Source: Bacteroidia bacterium | Lineage (GTDB): Bacteria; Bacteroidota; Bacteroidia; M30B66 | Reading direction: 5' to 3' | Assembly: GCA_965279035.1 (NCBI GenBank) | Contig: OZ257142.1 | Span: 2,080,001-2,144,000 of the forward strand | DNA length: 64,000 nucleotides | Part shown: positions 31,101-40,610 of the stretch, one piece after another | Layout of the letters: the number at the start of each line of letters is the position of its first letter | Position numbering within the stretch: position 1 is the first letter of the stretch | The notes under the pieces: generated by a model | Seen by the model: only the letters and a program-made list of their open reading frames with translations | Databases searched by the model: none | Told to the model about the DNA's origin: nothing | Program-made: the position numbers and the translations under genes

Positions 31101-32654
31101 CTATTTTGTACTCAATGTTATAAAAGGTATGAGCATTTCTTCAAGTGAAATTCCTCCATGTTGGAAGGTATTTCGATAGTAATTCACGAAGTAATTATAG
31201 TTGTTCGGATAGGCAAAGAACATATCCTCTTTGGCAAATACAAATGCGGTACTCACATGTTGACGTGGTAAAAATATGTCAAGTGGATTCTTTACTTCAT
31301 ACACATCCTTCTTTTCGTAATTCAAGTTTTTACCTTGTTTGTAACGAAGGTTTGTGTTCGTATTGCGATCACCAATGATTTTACTTGGATTGGTTACTCG
31401 TATTGTACCATGATCGGTTGTAAGAATGAGTCGCGCTTTTTTATCAGCAATTTGGCGAAGAATATCGAGTAGGGGAGAATGTTCTAACCAAGAAACGGTA
31501 ATGGAGCGATAGGCTTTTTCATCATCTGCCAATTCTCGAATAACTTCCATTTCGGTTCGAGCATGAGAGAGCATGTCCACGAAATTGTAAACAATCGCAT
31601 TGAATTTATTCCCCATCAAATTCGGAATATTTTCTGCTAATTTTTTACCTGCTTGGTTGTTGGTGACTTTGGTATAAGAAGTTTTGATGTCTTTTCCCAA
31701 ACGCTTGAGTTGCTCATTCATGAAGAATTCCTCATGCAAATTTTTTCCTCCTTCATCTTCATCATTCAACCAATGATTCGGATAACGTTTTTCAATTTCA
31801 GACGGCATCAATCCAGCAAACATGGCATTTCGAGCATATTGAGTTGCCGTTGGCAAAATGGCACAGAACATTTCTTCAGTATCCACTTTAAAGTATTCTT
31901 GAAGAATCGGTTGCATCACTTTCCACTGGTCATATCGCATATTATCGATCAACACGAAAAAGGTACTCTCGTTTTTATCAATTTCAGGGACAACGCGTTG
32001 TTTGAAAATATTATGCGACAACAATGGTGGATTGGGATCTTTACCATTCACCCAGCCTTGATAATTATTGATTACATATTTAGAAAACTGTGTATTGGCT
32101 TCGGTTTTCTGCATACGAAGAATTTCTTCCATGCCTTCTTCCTTGCTTTTATTCAATTCCAACTCCCAGAAAACTAATTTCTGATATACTTCTTTCCATT
32201 CATCTATAGAAAGTCGATCGCTCAAGGTCATTCCTATACTTCGGAATTCTTGCTGATACGCACTCGAAGTTTTTTCACGTATCAATCGTTTATTCTCTAA
32301 ATTCTTTTTTAGAGAAAGTAAAATCTGGTTTGGGTTGACAGGTTTAATTAAGTAATCAGAGATTTGAGAACCAATGGCGTCTTCCATGATATGCTCTTCC
32401 TCACTTTTAGTTATCATAACAACTGGAACATCGTTCTTTAGCTGTTTGATTTTTACGAGTGTTTCCAATCCCGATAAACCCGGCATATTTTCATCTAAGA
32501 AAACAATATCAAAATCTTGTTCCTTGAATAAATCGAGAGCATCATCTCCACAATTAGCCGTTTGAACATCATATCCTTTATCTCTTAAAAAGAGGATGTG
32601 TGGTTTTAATAATTCAATTTCGTCGTCCGCCCAAAGTATGTTAATCTTGTCCAT
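31101..32654 (-). CDS. porX: T9SS response regulator PorX (receiver + PglZ domain)
   Basis: WADDEI/LDENMPG receiver, LPTATQYARNA, TTDHG, QHGGISLEEM. Confidence 0.93.
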   Translation of the reverse strand: MDKINILWADDEIELLKPHILFLRDKGYDVQTANCGDDALDLFKEQDFDIVFLDENMPGLSGLETLVKIKQLKNDVPVVMITKSEEEHIMEDAIGSQISDYLIKPVNPNQILLSLKKNLENKRLIREKTSSAYQQEFRSIGMTLSDRLSIDEWKEVYQKLVFWELELNKSKEEGMEEILRMQKTEANTQFSKYVINNYQGWVNGKDPNPPLLSHNIFKQRVVPEIDKNESTFFVLIDNMRYDQWKVMQPILQEYFKVDTEEMFCAILPTATQYARNAMFAGLMPSEIEKRYPNHWLNDEDEGGKNLHEEFFMNEQLKRLGKDIKTSYTKVTNNQAGKKLAENIPNLMGNKFNAIVYNFVDMLSHARTEMEVIRELADDEKAYRSITVSWLEHSPLLDILRQIADKKARLILTTDHGTIRVTNPSKIIGDRNTNTNLRYKQGKNLNYEKKDVYEVKNPLDIFLPRQHVSTAFVFAKEDMFFAYPNNYNYFVNYYRNTFQHGGISLEEMLIPFITLSTK

Positions 32655-32715
32655 GTATCTTTGCTGTAATTAGGTGTCCAAAAGTACCTGATGAAACTGC
32701 ACAAATCCGTTAATA

Positions 32716-33966
32716 TTGCCGGTGAACCTTACGCGAAACAAAAAAAAAATAGTGAATGATCCAGTATATGGTTTCATTTCTATTCCCGACGAATTACTTT
32801 TTGATCTGATTGAACATCCTTGGTTTCAACGTTTACGGCGAATTCGTCAACTTGGACTAACTGATTATGTGTATCCTGGAGCACAACATACGCGATTTCA
32901 TCATGCTTTGGGGGCGATGCATTTGATGGGTTTAGCTATTGAGAATCTTCGTTCTAAGGGACATGAGATAACTGATGAAGAATTTTTGGCTGCGCGTGCA
33001 GCAATTTTACTTCACGATATAGGTCATGGACCATTCTCTCATGCCTTGGAAAGTTCTATTGTGAATGGATTACATCACGAACAGTTGTCATTGTTATTTA
33101 TGCAAGAACTGAATCGTCAGTTTGATGGAAAGCTCTCAATGACAATTGATATTTTCACTGGAAATTATCCCAAACATTTTTTACATCAATTGGTTTCAAG
33201 TCAACTCGATGTAGATCGGCTTGATTATCTCAATCGAGATAGTTTCTATTCGGGCGTTGCTGAAGGAGCTGTTGGAGCTGAGCGAATAATAAAGATGATG
33301 GAAGTTGTTGATGACGAATTAGTTTTGGAAGAAAAAGGAATATACAGTATTGAAAAGTTTTTGCTTGCTCGTCGTTTAATGTATTGGCAAGTGTATTTAC
33401 ACAAGACTGTTTTATCTGCCGAAAATCTCTTATCAAATATGTTGAGAAGAGCTAAATTCCTCACTCAAAATGGGGAAGTAGTTTTTGCAACTAATAGTTT
33501 GAAGTACTTTCTAGAACATTCTATGTCATCTTCATCAGATGTTGGAAATTTAGAGCTTATACAACGATTCGCTCACTTGGATGATTATGATATATTTGCA
33601 TCCGCAAAAGAATGGATGACTCATTCCGACAAAATTCTTTCTGAGCTGAGTACCAGATTGATAGAGCGAAAGTTGTTTAAAATCAAATTAAACAATCAAC
33701 CATTTGACTTAATGGAAGTCGATGAGCTCGAATCAAAATGGCAGTTAAAAGGATTTACGGAAGAAGAGACAAAATATTTTGTCTTTACAGGAGGAATCAC
33801 AAACAGTGCTTACAAACAAGGTGAAGAAAAAATTAATATTTTACTCAAAAGCGGAAAAGTGCTCGACATTAGAGAAGCATCTGATCAACTTAGAATGTCA
33901 ATTTTTTCTGAATCAACACGGAAATACTTTTTGTGTTATCCCAAAGATTTAGACACGGTTCAATAG
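32716..33966 (+). CDS. HD-domain phosphohydrolase (dNTPase-like)
   Basis: DPVYG, FQRLRRIRQLG, HTRFHHALG, LLHDIGHGPFSH, DVDRLDY. Confidence 0.9.
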   Translation: MPVNLTRNKKKIVNDPVYGFISIPDELLFDLIEHPWFQRLRRIRQLGLTDYVYPGAQHTRFHHALGAMHLMGLAIENLRSKGHEITDEEFLAARAAILLHDIGHGPFSHALESSIVNGLHHEQLSLLFMQELNRQFDGKLSMTIDIFTGNYPKHFLHQLVSSQLDVDRLDYLNRDSFYSGVAEGAVGAERIIKMMEVVDDELVLEEKGIYSIEKFLLARRLMYWQVYLHKTVLSAENLLSNMLRRAKFLTQNGEVVFATNSLKYFLEHSMSSSSDVGNLELIQRFAHLDDYDIFASAKEWMTHSDKILSELSTRLIERKLFKIKLNNQPFDLMEVDELESKWQLKGFTEEETKYFVFTGGITNSAYKQGEEKINILLKSGKVLDIREASDQLRMSIFSESTRKYFLCYPKDLDTVQ

Positions 33967-33972
33967 ATACGA

Positions 33973-35019
33973 ATGGAATTTACAGCGCAACAGTTAGCCG
34001 AGCTGCTTCAGGGCAGAGTAGAAGGAGACCCGGGAGTTCGGGTGAATCGTTTAGCGAAAATTGAAGAAGGAGAACCTGGTTCTTTAACATTTCTAGCAAA
34101 TCCTAAGTACGAGGATTTTATATATTCAACCAAGGCTTCCCTAGTAATAGTAAACGATTCATTTATTCCTGATCGTCCTATTTCAACCAACTTGATAAAA
34201 GTAAAGGACGCTTATAAAAGTTTTGCTGTATTACTCGATACGTACAACAAAATCAGCCAAAACAGATCAGGAAGAGAGGAGCCCCACACTATTGCAGCTT
34301 CTGCCCGAATCGGAGAAAATCCTTACATCGGTGCTTTTGTCTACATCGGCGAAAATTCGATAATTGGAAACAATGTTAAATTATATCCCGGAGTATATAT
34401 TGGGGACAATGTTTCTATTGGTGATGACACCATGTTATTTCCAGGAGTAAAGGTGTATTCGGATTGTAAAATTGGAAAAGATTGTCGTATCCATTCAGGA
34501 GTAGTTATTGGCGGCGATGGATTTGGATTTGCGCCTCAAGACGACTCGAATTATTTGAAGGTTGCCCAGATTGGGAATGTGATAATAGAAGATCATGTTG
34601 AAATTGGTTCGAACACAACCATTGATAGAGCAACATTAGGTTCCACAATTATTCGAAAAGGTGTTAAGCTGGATAATCTAATTCAAATAGCACATAATGT
34701 TGAAATTGGTGAACACACTGTGATTGCAGCTCAAACTGGAATAGCTGGTTCTACTAAAATTGGACGTTTTTGTATGATTGGCGGTCAAGTAGGAATTGTT
34801 GGACACCTAGTTATTGCAGATAAGGTGAAAATTGCGGCCCAATCAGGTATCGGTTCTAGTATTGTCAAAGAAGGTGAAATTATTCAAGGTTCTCCTGCGT
34901 TCTTTATTGGAGACTATAAAAAATCGTATGTCGGTTTTAGGAAATTACCTGAGCTGATGATAAAAATCGAAGAACTCGAGCGAAAGCTGGAAGAATTGCA
35001 AAAGCAGAACAATGGCTGA
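33973..35019 (+). CDS. lpxD: UDP-3-O-acylglucosamine N-acyltransferase
   Basis: FLANPKY, hexapeptide repeats, DGFGF, KLDNLIQIAHNV. Confidence 0.96.
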   Translation: MEFTAQQLAELLQGRVEGDPGVRVNRLAKIEEGEPGSLTFLANPKYEDFIYSTKASLVIVNDSFIPDRPISTNLIKVKDAYKSFAVLLDTYNKISQNRSGREEPHTIAASARIGENPYIGAFVYIGENSIIGNNVKLYPGVYIGDNVSIGDDTMLFPGVKVYSDCKIGKDCRIHSGVVIGGDGFGFAPQDDSNYLKVAQIGNVIIEDHVEIGSNTTIDRATLGSTIIRKGVKLDNLIQIAHNVEIGEHTVIAAQTGIAGSTKIGRFCMIGGQVGIVGHLVIADKVKIAAQSGIGSSIVKEGEIIQGSPAFFIGDYKKSYVGFRKLPELMIKIEELERKLEELQKQNNG

Positions 35020-36421
35020 AAAACAACAAACAATTGCTAAGCGTCAATCTATACGCGGAGTTGGCTTACACACTGGGGTTCAAGTGGAATTAACATTTGT
35101 TCCCGCTCCTGAAAATTATGGAATCCGATTCATTCGAGTTGATTTAGAAGGACAACCTGAAATAGCTGCAGATGTAGATAATGTAGTTGAAACTTCGCGT
35201 GGAACTACCATCGCAGTGAATGAAGCTAAGGTTTCAACAGTTGAACATGCATTAGCTGCTGCTGCAGGACTCCAAATTGACAATTTGATTATTGAAATCA
35301 ATGGTCCCGAGGTTCCAATTTTAGATGGAAGCGCTCGATTTTTCATCGAATCATTGGAAGAAGCAGGCATTGTTGAACAAGATGCAGAACGCGATTATTA
35401 TGAGTTGAAAACCAATGTGTTTTTTACTGATCCCGCTCGAAATGTTGAGATAATGGCTGTGCCTTCTGATACATATAAGGTGAAAGTTATGATCGACTTT
35501 AATAGTCGTGTACTTGGATTTCAGCATGCTCAATTAAATAACATTGTTGAATTTAAAGATGAAGTTGCATCCTGTAGAACCTTTGTATTTCTGCATGAGT
35601 TGAAAATGCTTTTTGAGAATAATTTGATAAAGGGTGGAGATCTAAGTAATGCCATCGTTTACGTTGATCGTCAGCTTTCTGTTGAAGATCAAAATGTCCT
35701 TTCAAAATTGTTCAATCGTAACGACCTAACAGTTACCAACGAAGGCACATTGAATAATGTTGAAATTAAATATCAAAATGAAGCCGCTCGTCATAAATTA
35801 TTGGATGTAGTTGGAGATCTTTCACTTATTGGAAGACCACTAAAAGCTACAATCATAGCAACTCGCCCTGGTCATGCTGCCAATATAGAGTTTGCTAAAA
35901 AAATAAAGCAATTGATCAAAGCTGAACGAAATCGTAAAACCGAACTTCAACCCTACGATCTATCTCAAACACCGCTTTATAACATTAATGATATTAGTAG
36001 AATTCTTCCACATCGACATCCTTTTCTATTGATTGATAAAATCATGGAAATGAGCGAAAGCCATGTAGTTGGTGTAAAGAATGTAACGATGAATGAGGAT
36101 TTTTTCAGAGGACATTTTCCTGGAAATCCTGTGATGCCAGGCGTTCTTATAATTGAAGCAATGGCTCAATGTGGTGGAATTCTAGTTTTAAATACTGTTC
36201 CAGATCCTGAAAATTATCTTACCTATTTCATGAAAATAGATAATGTAAAATTCAAACAAAAAGTAATTCCAGGTGATACACTTGTTTTCAAATTGGAATT
36301 GATTTCACCAATTCGTAGAGGTATTTGTCACATGCGTGGAGTTGCATATGTAAACAATAAACCGGTTACAGAAGCCGAAATGATGGCTCAAATTGTTAAA
36401 GAGAAAGGTTTAAGCAATTAA
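35012..36421 (+). CDS. lpxC: Bifunctional LpxC/FabZ
   Basis: GVGLHTG, TVEH, HKLLD (LpxC) fused to LPHRHPFL, GHFPGNPVMPGV (FabZ). Confidence 0.95.
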   Translation: MAEKQQTIAKRQSIRGVGLHTGVQVELTFVPAPENYGIRFIRVDLEGQPEIAADVDNVVETSRGTTIAVNEAKVSTVEHALAAAAGLQIDNLIIEINGPEVPILDGSARFFIESLEEAGIVEQDAERDYYELKTNVFFTDPARNVEIMAVPSDTYKVKVMIDFNSRVLGFQHAQLNNIVEFKDEVASCRTFVFLHELKMLFENNLIKGGDLSNAIVYVDRQLSVEDQNVLSKLFNRNDLTVTNEGTLNNVEIKYQNEAARHKLLDVVGDLSLIGRPLKATIIATRPGHAANIEFAKKIKQLIKAERNRKTELQPYDLSQTPLYNINDISRILPHRHPFLLIDKIMEMSESHVVGVKNVTMNEDFFRGHFPGNPVMPGVLIIEAMAQCGGILVLNTVPDPENYLTYFMKIDNVKFKQKVIPGDTLVFKLELISPIRRGICHMRGVAYVNNKPVTEAEMMAQIVKEKGLSN

Positions 36422-36456
36422 TTACAAAAGCCTACATTTGGCTCCTAAATATAGGA

Positions 36457-37242
36457 ATGAATCAACCACTCGCTTCTATTCATCCCGATGCTAAAATCGG
36501 TGAAGGTGTTACCATCAGCCCTTTTGTAACTATTTATGGTGATGTTGTCATCGGCGATGGTACTTGGATTGGTCCCAATGTTACCATTATGGATGGTGCT
36601 CGCATTGGGAAAAACTGTCGAATTTTTCCCGGTGCTGTAATTTCAGCAATCCCGCAGGATCTTAAATTCAATGGAGAAATAACTACTGTTGAAATCGGTG
36701 ATTATACAACCATTCGAGAATGTGCAACAATCAATCGAGGCACTGTCGACAGAATGAAAACCGTTGTTGGCCACCATACAAACATAATGGCATATGCTCA
36801 TGTGGCTCATGATTGCATTGTAGGAAATTATTGCATCTTAGGAAATGCTGTAAATATGGCTGGACACGTTGTTGTTGATGACTATACCGTTTTGAGTGGC
36901 ATGTCGGCGATACATCAATTTGTTCACATTGGTGCTCATGTTATGGTTTCTGGTGGTTCATTAGTGAGAAAAGATATTCCGCCTTTTGTAAAAGCAGCAC
37001 GCGAACCAATGTCTTACGTAGGTATTAACTCGATTGGACTTCGTCGCAGAGGATTTAGTAACGAACGAATTAGCGAAATTCAGGATATATATCGTGTTCT
37101 TTTTCAAAGTGGGTTGAATACAACCAAAGCAATTCAAAAAATTGAAACAGACATGCCTGCAAGTCCAGAACGAGACGAAATCGTTTTATTTGTTCAAGCT
37201 GCTCGAAGAGGTATTATTCGGGGTTATGGATCTGAAGAATAG
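36457..37242 (+). CDS. lpxA: UDP-N-acetylglucosamine acyltransferase
   Basis: PQDLKF, IRECATINRGT, HVAHDC, HQF, GLRRRGF. Confidence 0.96.
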   Translation: MNQPLASIHPDAKIGEGVTISPFVTIYGDVVIGDGTWIGPNVTIMDGARIGKNCRIFPGAVISAIPQDLKFNGEITTVEIGDYTTIRECATINRGTVDRMKTVVGHHTNIMAYAHVAHDCIVGNYCILGNAVNMAGHVVVDDYTVLSGMSAIHQFVHIGAHVMVSGGSLVRKDIPPFVKAAREPMSYVGINSIGLRRRGFSNERISEIQDIYRVLFQSGLNTTKAIQKIETDMPASPERDEIVLFVQAARRGIIRGYGSEE

Positions 37243-37256
37243 AAACCATCAATGAG

Positions 37257-37880
37257 ATGGAAATAATTCTGAATGAAGTAGGTAAGAGATATAACTTCAA
37301 CTGGATATTCAACAATCTAAGTTTGAATATTTCAGAAAATCAACGCATCGTTTTTTTAGGTGCTAATGGAAGTGGAAAATCTACTTTACTTCAGATTATT
37401 TCAGGTGCTGTTCTAAATTCAACAGGCACAATTCAATGGATGCACAATGGGATGGAGATTCAACCTGAATTCGTCTATCAACAGGTCAGTATCGCAGCTC
37501 CTTATCTTGAATTAATTGAGGAATTCACATTGAAAGAGCTTATACGATTTCATTTTTCAATTAAGAAATCGCGAAATGGATTATCTGTAGATCAAATCAT
37601 AAAAATGACTGGTTTGCACAAAGCTGCTGATCGAAGAATTAGCTATTTCTCAAGTGGAATGCGCCAACGTGTTCGGCTATCTCTAGCTTTATTAAGTGAT
37701 ACTCCTTTGGTATTGTTAGATGAGCCTTTGTCAAATCTCGACTCAAATGCTGCTTTGTGGTATCGTGATTTGATTGAAGAATTTGGGAACGATAGAACTA
37801 TTATTGTTAGCTCAAACCATCAAGAAAATGAATTTTCATTCTGTACTCAGAGTTTGACTATTGAAGATTATCATTTGTAA
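37257..37880 (+). CDS. ABC ATP-binding protein (no adjacent permease)
   Basis: GANGSGKST, FSSGMRQR, LLDEP. Confidence 0.9.
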   Translation: MEIILNEVGKRYNFNWIFNNLSLNISENQRIVFLGANGSGKSTLLQIISGAVLNSTGTIQWMHNGMEIQPEFVYQQVSIAAPYLELIEEFTLKELIRFHFSIKKSRNGLSVDQIIKMTGLHKAADRRISYFSSGMRQRVRLSLALLSDTPLVLLDEPLSNLDSNAALWYRDLIEEFGNDRTIIVSSNHQENEFSFCTQSLTIEDYHL

Positions 37881-38383
37881 TGCGCATTGGTCTATTATCC
37901 GATACACATAGTTATCTCGATAAAGGAATTCTTCGAAATTTAGAATCGTGTGATGAAATATGGCATGCGGGTGATATTGGTTCGATCGAAGTTACCAATC
38001 AATTGGCAGAATTAAAGCCTATCAGAGCAGTTTATGGGAATATTGATGATGCAGAATTACGAAGATCTTTTCCTGAAGATTTAAGATTTAATTGCGAAGG
38101 AATGGATGTCCTCATTACGCATATCGGAGGTTATCCTGGTCGTTATTCATTGCATGCAGCAGATTTAATTAAAAGTAATCCTCCGCAGCTTTTTATTTGT
38201 GGACATTCCCATATTTTGAAAGTTATACCTGATAATAAATACAAACTATTACACATAAATCCTGGCGCCGCAGGACAACATGGTTTTCATCTTATTCGAA
38301 CTCTAATTCGGTTTTCAATTGATGAAGGTAAAATTCATAGTCTTGAAGCAGTTGAATTAGGCAAAAGAGGCTTTTTGGGTTAA
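37880..38383 (+). CDS. Metallophosphoesterase (YfcE-like)
   Basis: SDTH, HAGD, GNID, GHSH, NPG motifs. Confidence 0.9.
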   Translation: MRIGLLSDTHSYLDKGILRNLESCDEIWHAGDIGSIEVTNQLAELKPIRAVYGNIDDAELRRSFPEDLRFNCEGMDVLITHIGGYPGRYSLHAADLIKSNPPQLFICGHSHILKVIPDNKYKLLHINPGAAGQHGFHLIRTLIRFSIDEGKIHSLEAVELGKRGFLG

Positions 38384-39468
38384 ACTTCAATTTCTTTTGG
38401 GAAAACAATATTTAAGTTAGCTGCTAGTATCTGAAGATCTTGAATCACTTTCTCATTGAATGGAATTCCATTGTTTCTTCTAAATATTTCCATTTCTCTT
38501 TCTGGATCTCCCGGTATAATTACCTTTTCTTGACTTGAAACTGTTTTAGCATTTCTAAACGTTCGAATCCAATTATCCATATTGGAAAGAAAATCATTCG
38601 CAGGCCGAAAGGCATCAATCCTCATTGCTCCAAAGAAATGACCAATTCCTTCACCAACTGGATCTGAAGGTGGATCTAGAAATGCAACAAAAGGAGGAAC
38701 CCAAGGTCCATAGTTAGCTCCTGACAATACAGCTGAAAATATATCTACTACAGCTCCTAAACAGTAGCCTTTATGACTACCGTGTTCTTTATCTCCACCT
38801 AAAGGTAATAAAGCACCACCTGAAGCAAGTGCAAAAGGATCATTAGTATTATTACCTTCTTTCGTTTGAATCCAGCCATCAGGAGCTTCTTTTCCTGTAC
38901 GTTGAAGAATTTCTAGTTTACCATTAGCAGCTGTTGTTGTTGCAAAATCAGCAACAAAGGGAGGTTCTTTATCTGCGGGAATAGCAAAAGCCATTGGGTT
39001 TGTCCCCAGTAATCTTTCAATTGACCACGTAGGAGCTACCAAAGGGCTGGCATTGGTCATCGCTATTCCTATCATATTTTCTTTTATTGCCATCATCGCA
39101 TGCTCTCCTGCAATACCAAAATGGTTTGATCCTTTTACTGCAACCCAGCCGGTTCCAGCTTTTCGGGCTTTTTCTATAGCAATCTTCATGGCATAGGGTG
39201 CAGCAACCAAACCAAGAGCACCATCAGCATTTACTGTTGCAGTTGAAGGTGTTTCATATATAATATGAATGTTGGGTTGTGTATTTATTCTGCCTTTTTC
39301 CCATAATCTTAGATAACCACTTAATCGAGCTAATCCATGAGAATCAATACCTCTCAAATCGGCCGATAATAAAACAGTTGAAGCTGTGTTTGCATCGTTT
39401 TCAGAACAACCCATTTTTAAGAAAACTAGGTTTGCAAACAATAGCAATGAATTATAGGAGTATGTCAT
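38380..39468 (-). CDS. Ldh_2 family (type 2 malate/lactate) oxidoreductase
   Basis: DLRGIDSHG, SNHFG, GTNP, HKGY, PGDPE. Confidence 0.9.
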   Translation of the reverse strand: MTYSYNSLLLFANLVFLKMGCSENDANTASTVLLSADLRGIDSHGLARLSGYLRLWEKGRINTQPNIHIIYETPSTATVNADGALGLVAAPYAMKIAIEKARKAGTGWVAVKGSNHFGIAGEHAMMAIKENMIGIAMTNASPLVAPTWSIERLLGTNPMAFAIPADKEPPFVADFATTTAANGKLEILQRTGKEAPDGWIQTKEGNNTNDPFALASGGALLPLGGDKEHGSHKGYCLGAVVDIFSAVLSGANYGPWVPPFVAFLDPPSDPVGEGIGHFFGAMRIDAFRPANDFLSNMDNWIRTFRNAKTVSSQEKVIIPGDPEREMEIFRRNNGIPFNEKVIQDLQILAANLNIVFPKEIEV

Positions 39469-39606
39469 TGAATAGTTTAAAGGATATTAACATTGATTTT
39501 GGTAAACTTTCGTGAATCCCAATCGCACAAATATATAATTTAGCGATTCTTGTCATCGGGATTTTCTTATTGATTCTCGAATTGTCAAATCATAAACTTC
39601 TTTACT

Positions 39607-39906
39607 ATGAAAGTGAATATCCAATCCGTGCATTTCAATGCCGACCAAAAATTGCTTGATTTTATTGAATCAAAACTTCAAAAACTCTCAACTCATTATG
39701 ATAAGATAATTGAAAGTGAAGTAACTCTCCGCTTAGATAATGCAAGTAATAATGAAAATAAAATTGTAGAAATCAGGCTTCATGTTCCTGGAAATGATCT
39801 TTTTGCCAAAAGACAATGTTCAACATTTGAAGAAGCCGTAGACGAATCAATAGATGCATTAAGAAACCAAATGATTAAGCATAAAGAAAAAATTCGGCAG
39901 GTCTAA
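39607..39906 (+). CDS. raiA: Ribosome hibernation factor HPF/RaiA
   Basis: MKVNIQSVHFNADQKL...FEEAVD; short HPF upstream of the tRNA-tuf cluster. Confidence 0.9.
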   Translation: MKVNIQSVHFNADQKLLDFIESKLQKLSTHYDKIIESEVTLRLDNASNNENKIVEIRLHVPGNDLFAKRQCSTFEEAVDESIDALRNQMIKHKEKIRQV

Positions 39907-39970
39907 AATTCTGATTTTAAAGATATTGATTTCTGCGATTTGATTTAAGTAGCAGAAATTTTAAAAAATG

Positions 39971-40001
39971 TTTGGTGGGAATGATTTCTTACCTACATTT
40001 G
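39971..40001 (+). promoter_or_regulatory. Housekeeping promoter of the tRNA-tuf operon
   Basis: TTTG-N19-TACATTTG. Confidence 0.8.
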
Positions 40002-40062
40002 CACACCTTTTTTGAAGGGTGATACATGCAAGTACATGTGCCAATCTTTAAAAAAGGTAAAA

Positions 40063-40135
40063 GCCGAAGTAGCTCAGCTGGTAGAGCAGCTGATTTGTAA
40101 TCAGCTGGTCGGGGGTTCGAGTCCCTTCTTCGGCT
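40063..40135 (+). tRNA. tRNA-Thr(TGT)
   Basis: Cloverleaf GCCGAAG...CTTCGGCT; anticodon arm GCTGA-TTTGTAA-TCAGC. Confidence 0.97.
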
Positions 40136-40177
40136 CTGTTCTTTGTAGTTATTATTTTTTATTTCTTCAAAGAGGTT

Positions 40178-40262
40178 GGGGAGATAGTCAAGCGGTCAAC
40201 GACAACAGACTGTAAATCTGTCCTCTCCGAGTTCGAAGGTTCGAATCCTTCTCTCCCCACCA
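40178..40262 (+). tRNA. tRNA-Tyr(GTA)
   Basis: ACAGA-CTGTAAA-TCTGT, long variable arm, encoded CCA. Confidence 0.97.
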
Positions 40263-40319
40263 AGGAAAAGAGATCAGGATGTATTGGATATCTGAATTTC
40301 AGAAAGAAAATACAAACAA

Positions 40320-40395
40320 GCGGAAGTAGCTCATTTGGTAGAGCGTCAGCCTTCCAAGCTGAGGGTAGCGAGTTCGAGCCTCGTCTTCCGCTCCA
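40320..40395 (+). tRNA. tRNA-Gly(TCC)
   Basis: TCAGC-CTTCCAA-GCTGA, encoded CCA. Confidence 0.97.
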
Positions 40396-40456
40396 AATCT
40401 TCTTCCCTATTTATCTGGAGTCACTAGATAAATAGGGAAGGCCTTTTCTCCTTAAA

Positions 40457-40531
40457 GCCGATGTAGCTCAGGGGTAGAGTACTTCCTTGGTAAGGAAGGG
40501 GTCACGGGTTCAAATCCCGTCATTGGCTCCA
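40457..40531 (+). tRNA. tRNA-Thr(GGT)
   Basis: CTTCC-TTGGTAA-GGAAG, encoded CCA. Confidence 0.97.
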
Positions 40532-40610
40532 CAATACAATGAATATAACCGTTTGAAATTCAAACAACACCAAACAAACACACTCAAATCAACAAAACAA
40601 ATAAATAGCC

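Noticed and set aside
31101-32654. PglZ domain as a sign of a BREX defence system
   Set aside because: It is fused to a receiver domain in the standard porX context, and no other brx genes are present.
35012-36421. LpxC-FabZ fusion, and pdhA-pdhC without pdhB
   Set aside because: Both are normal for Bacteroidota.
40012-40215. 67-aa ORF here, and the N-terminal extension of secE from 41947
   Set aside because: Both overlap genuine tRNA genes and are spurious.
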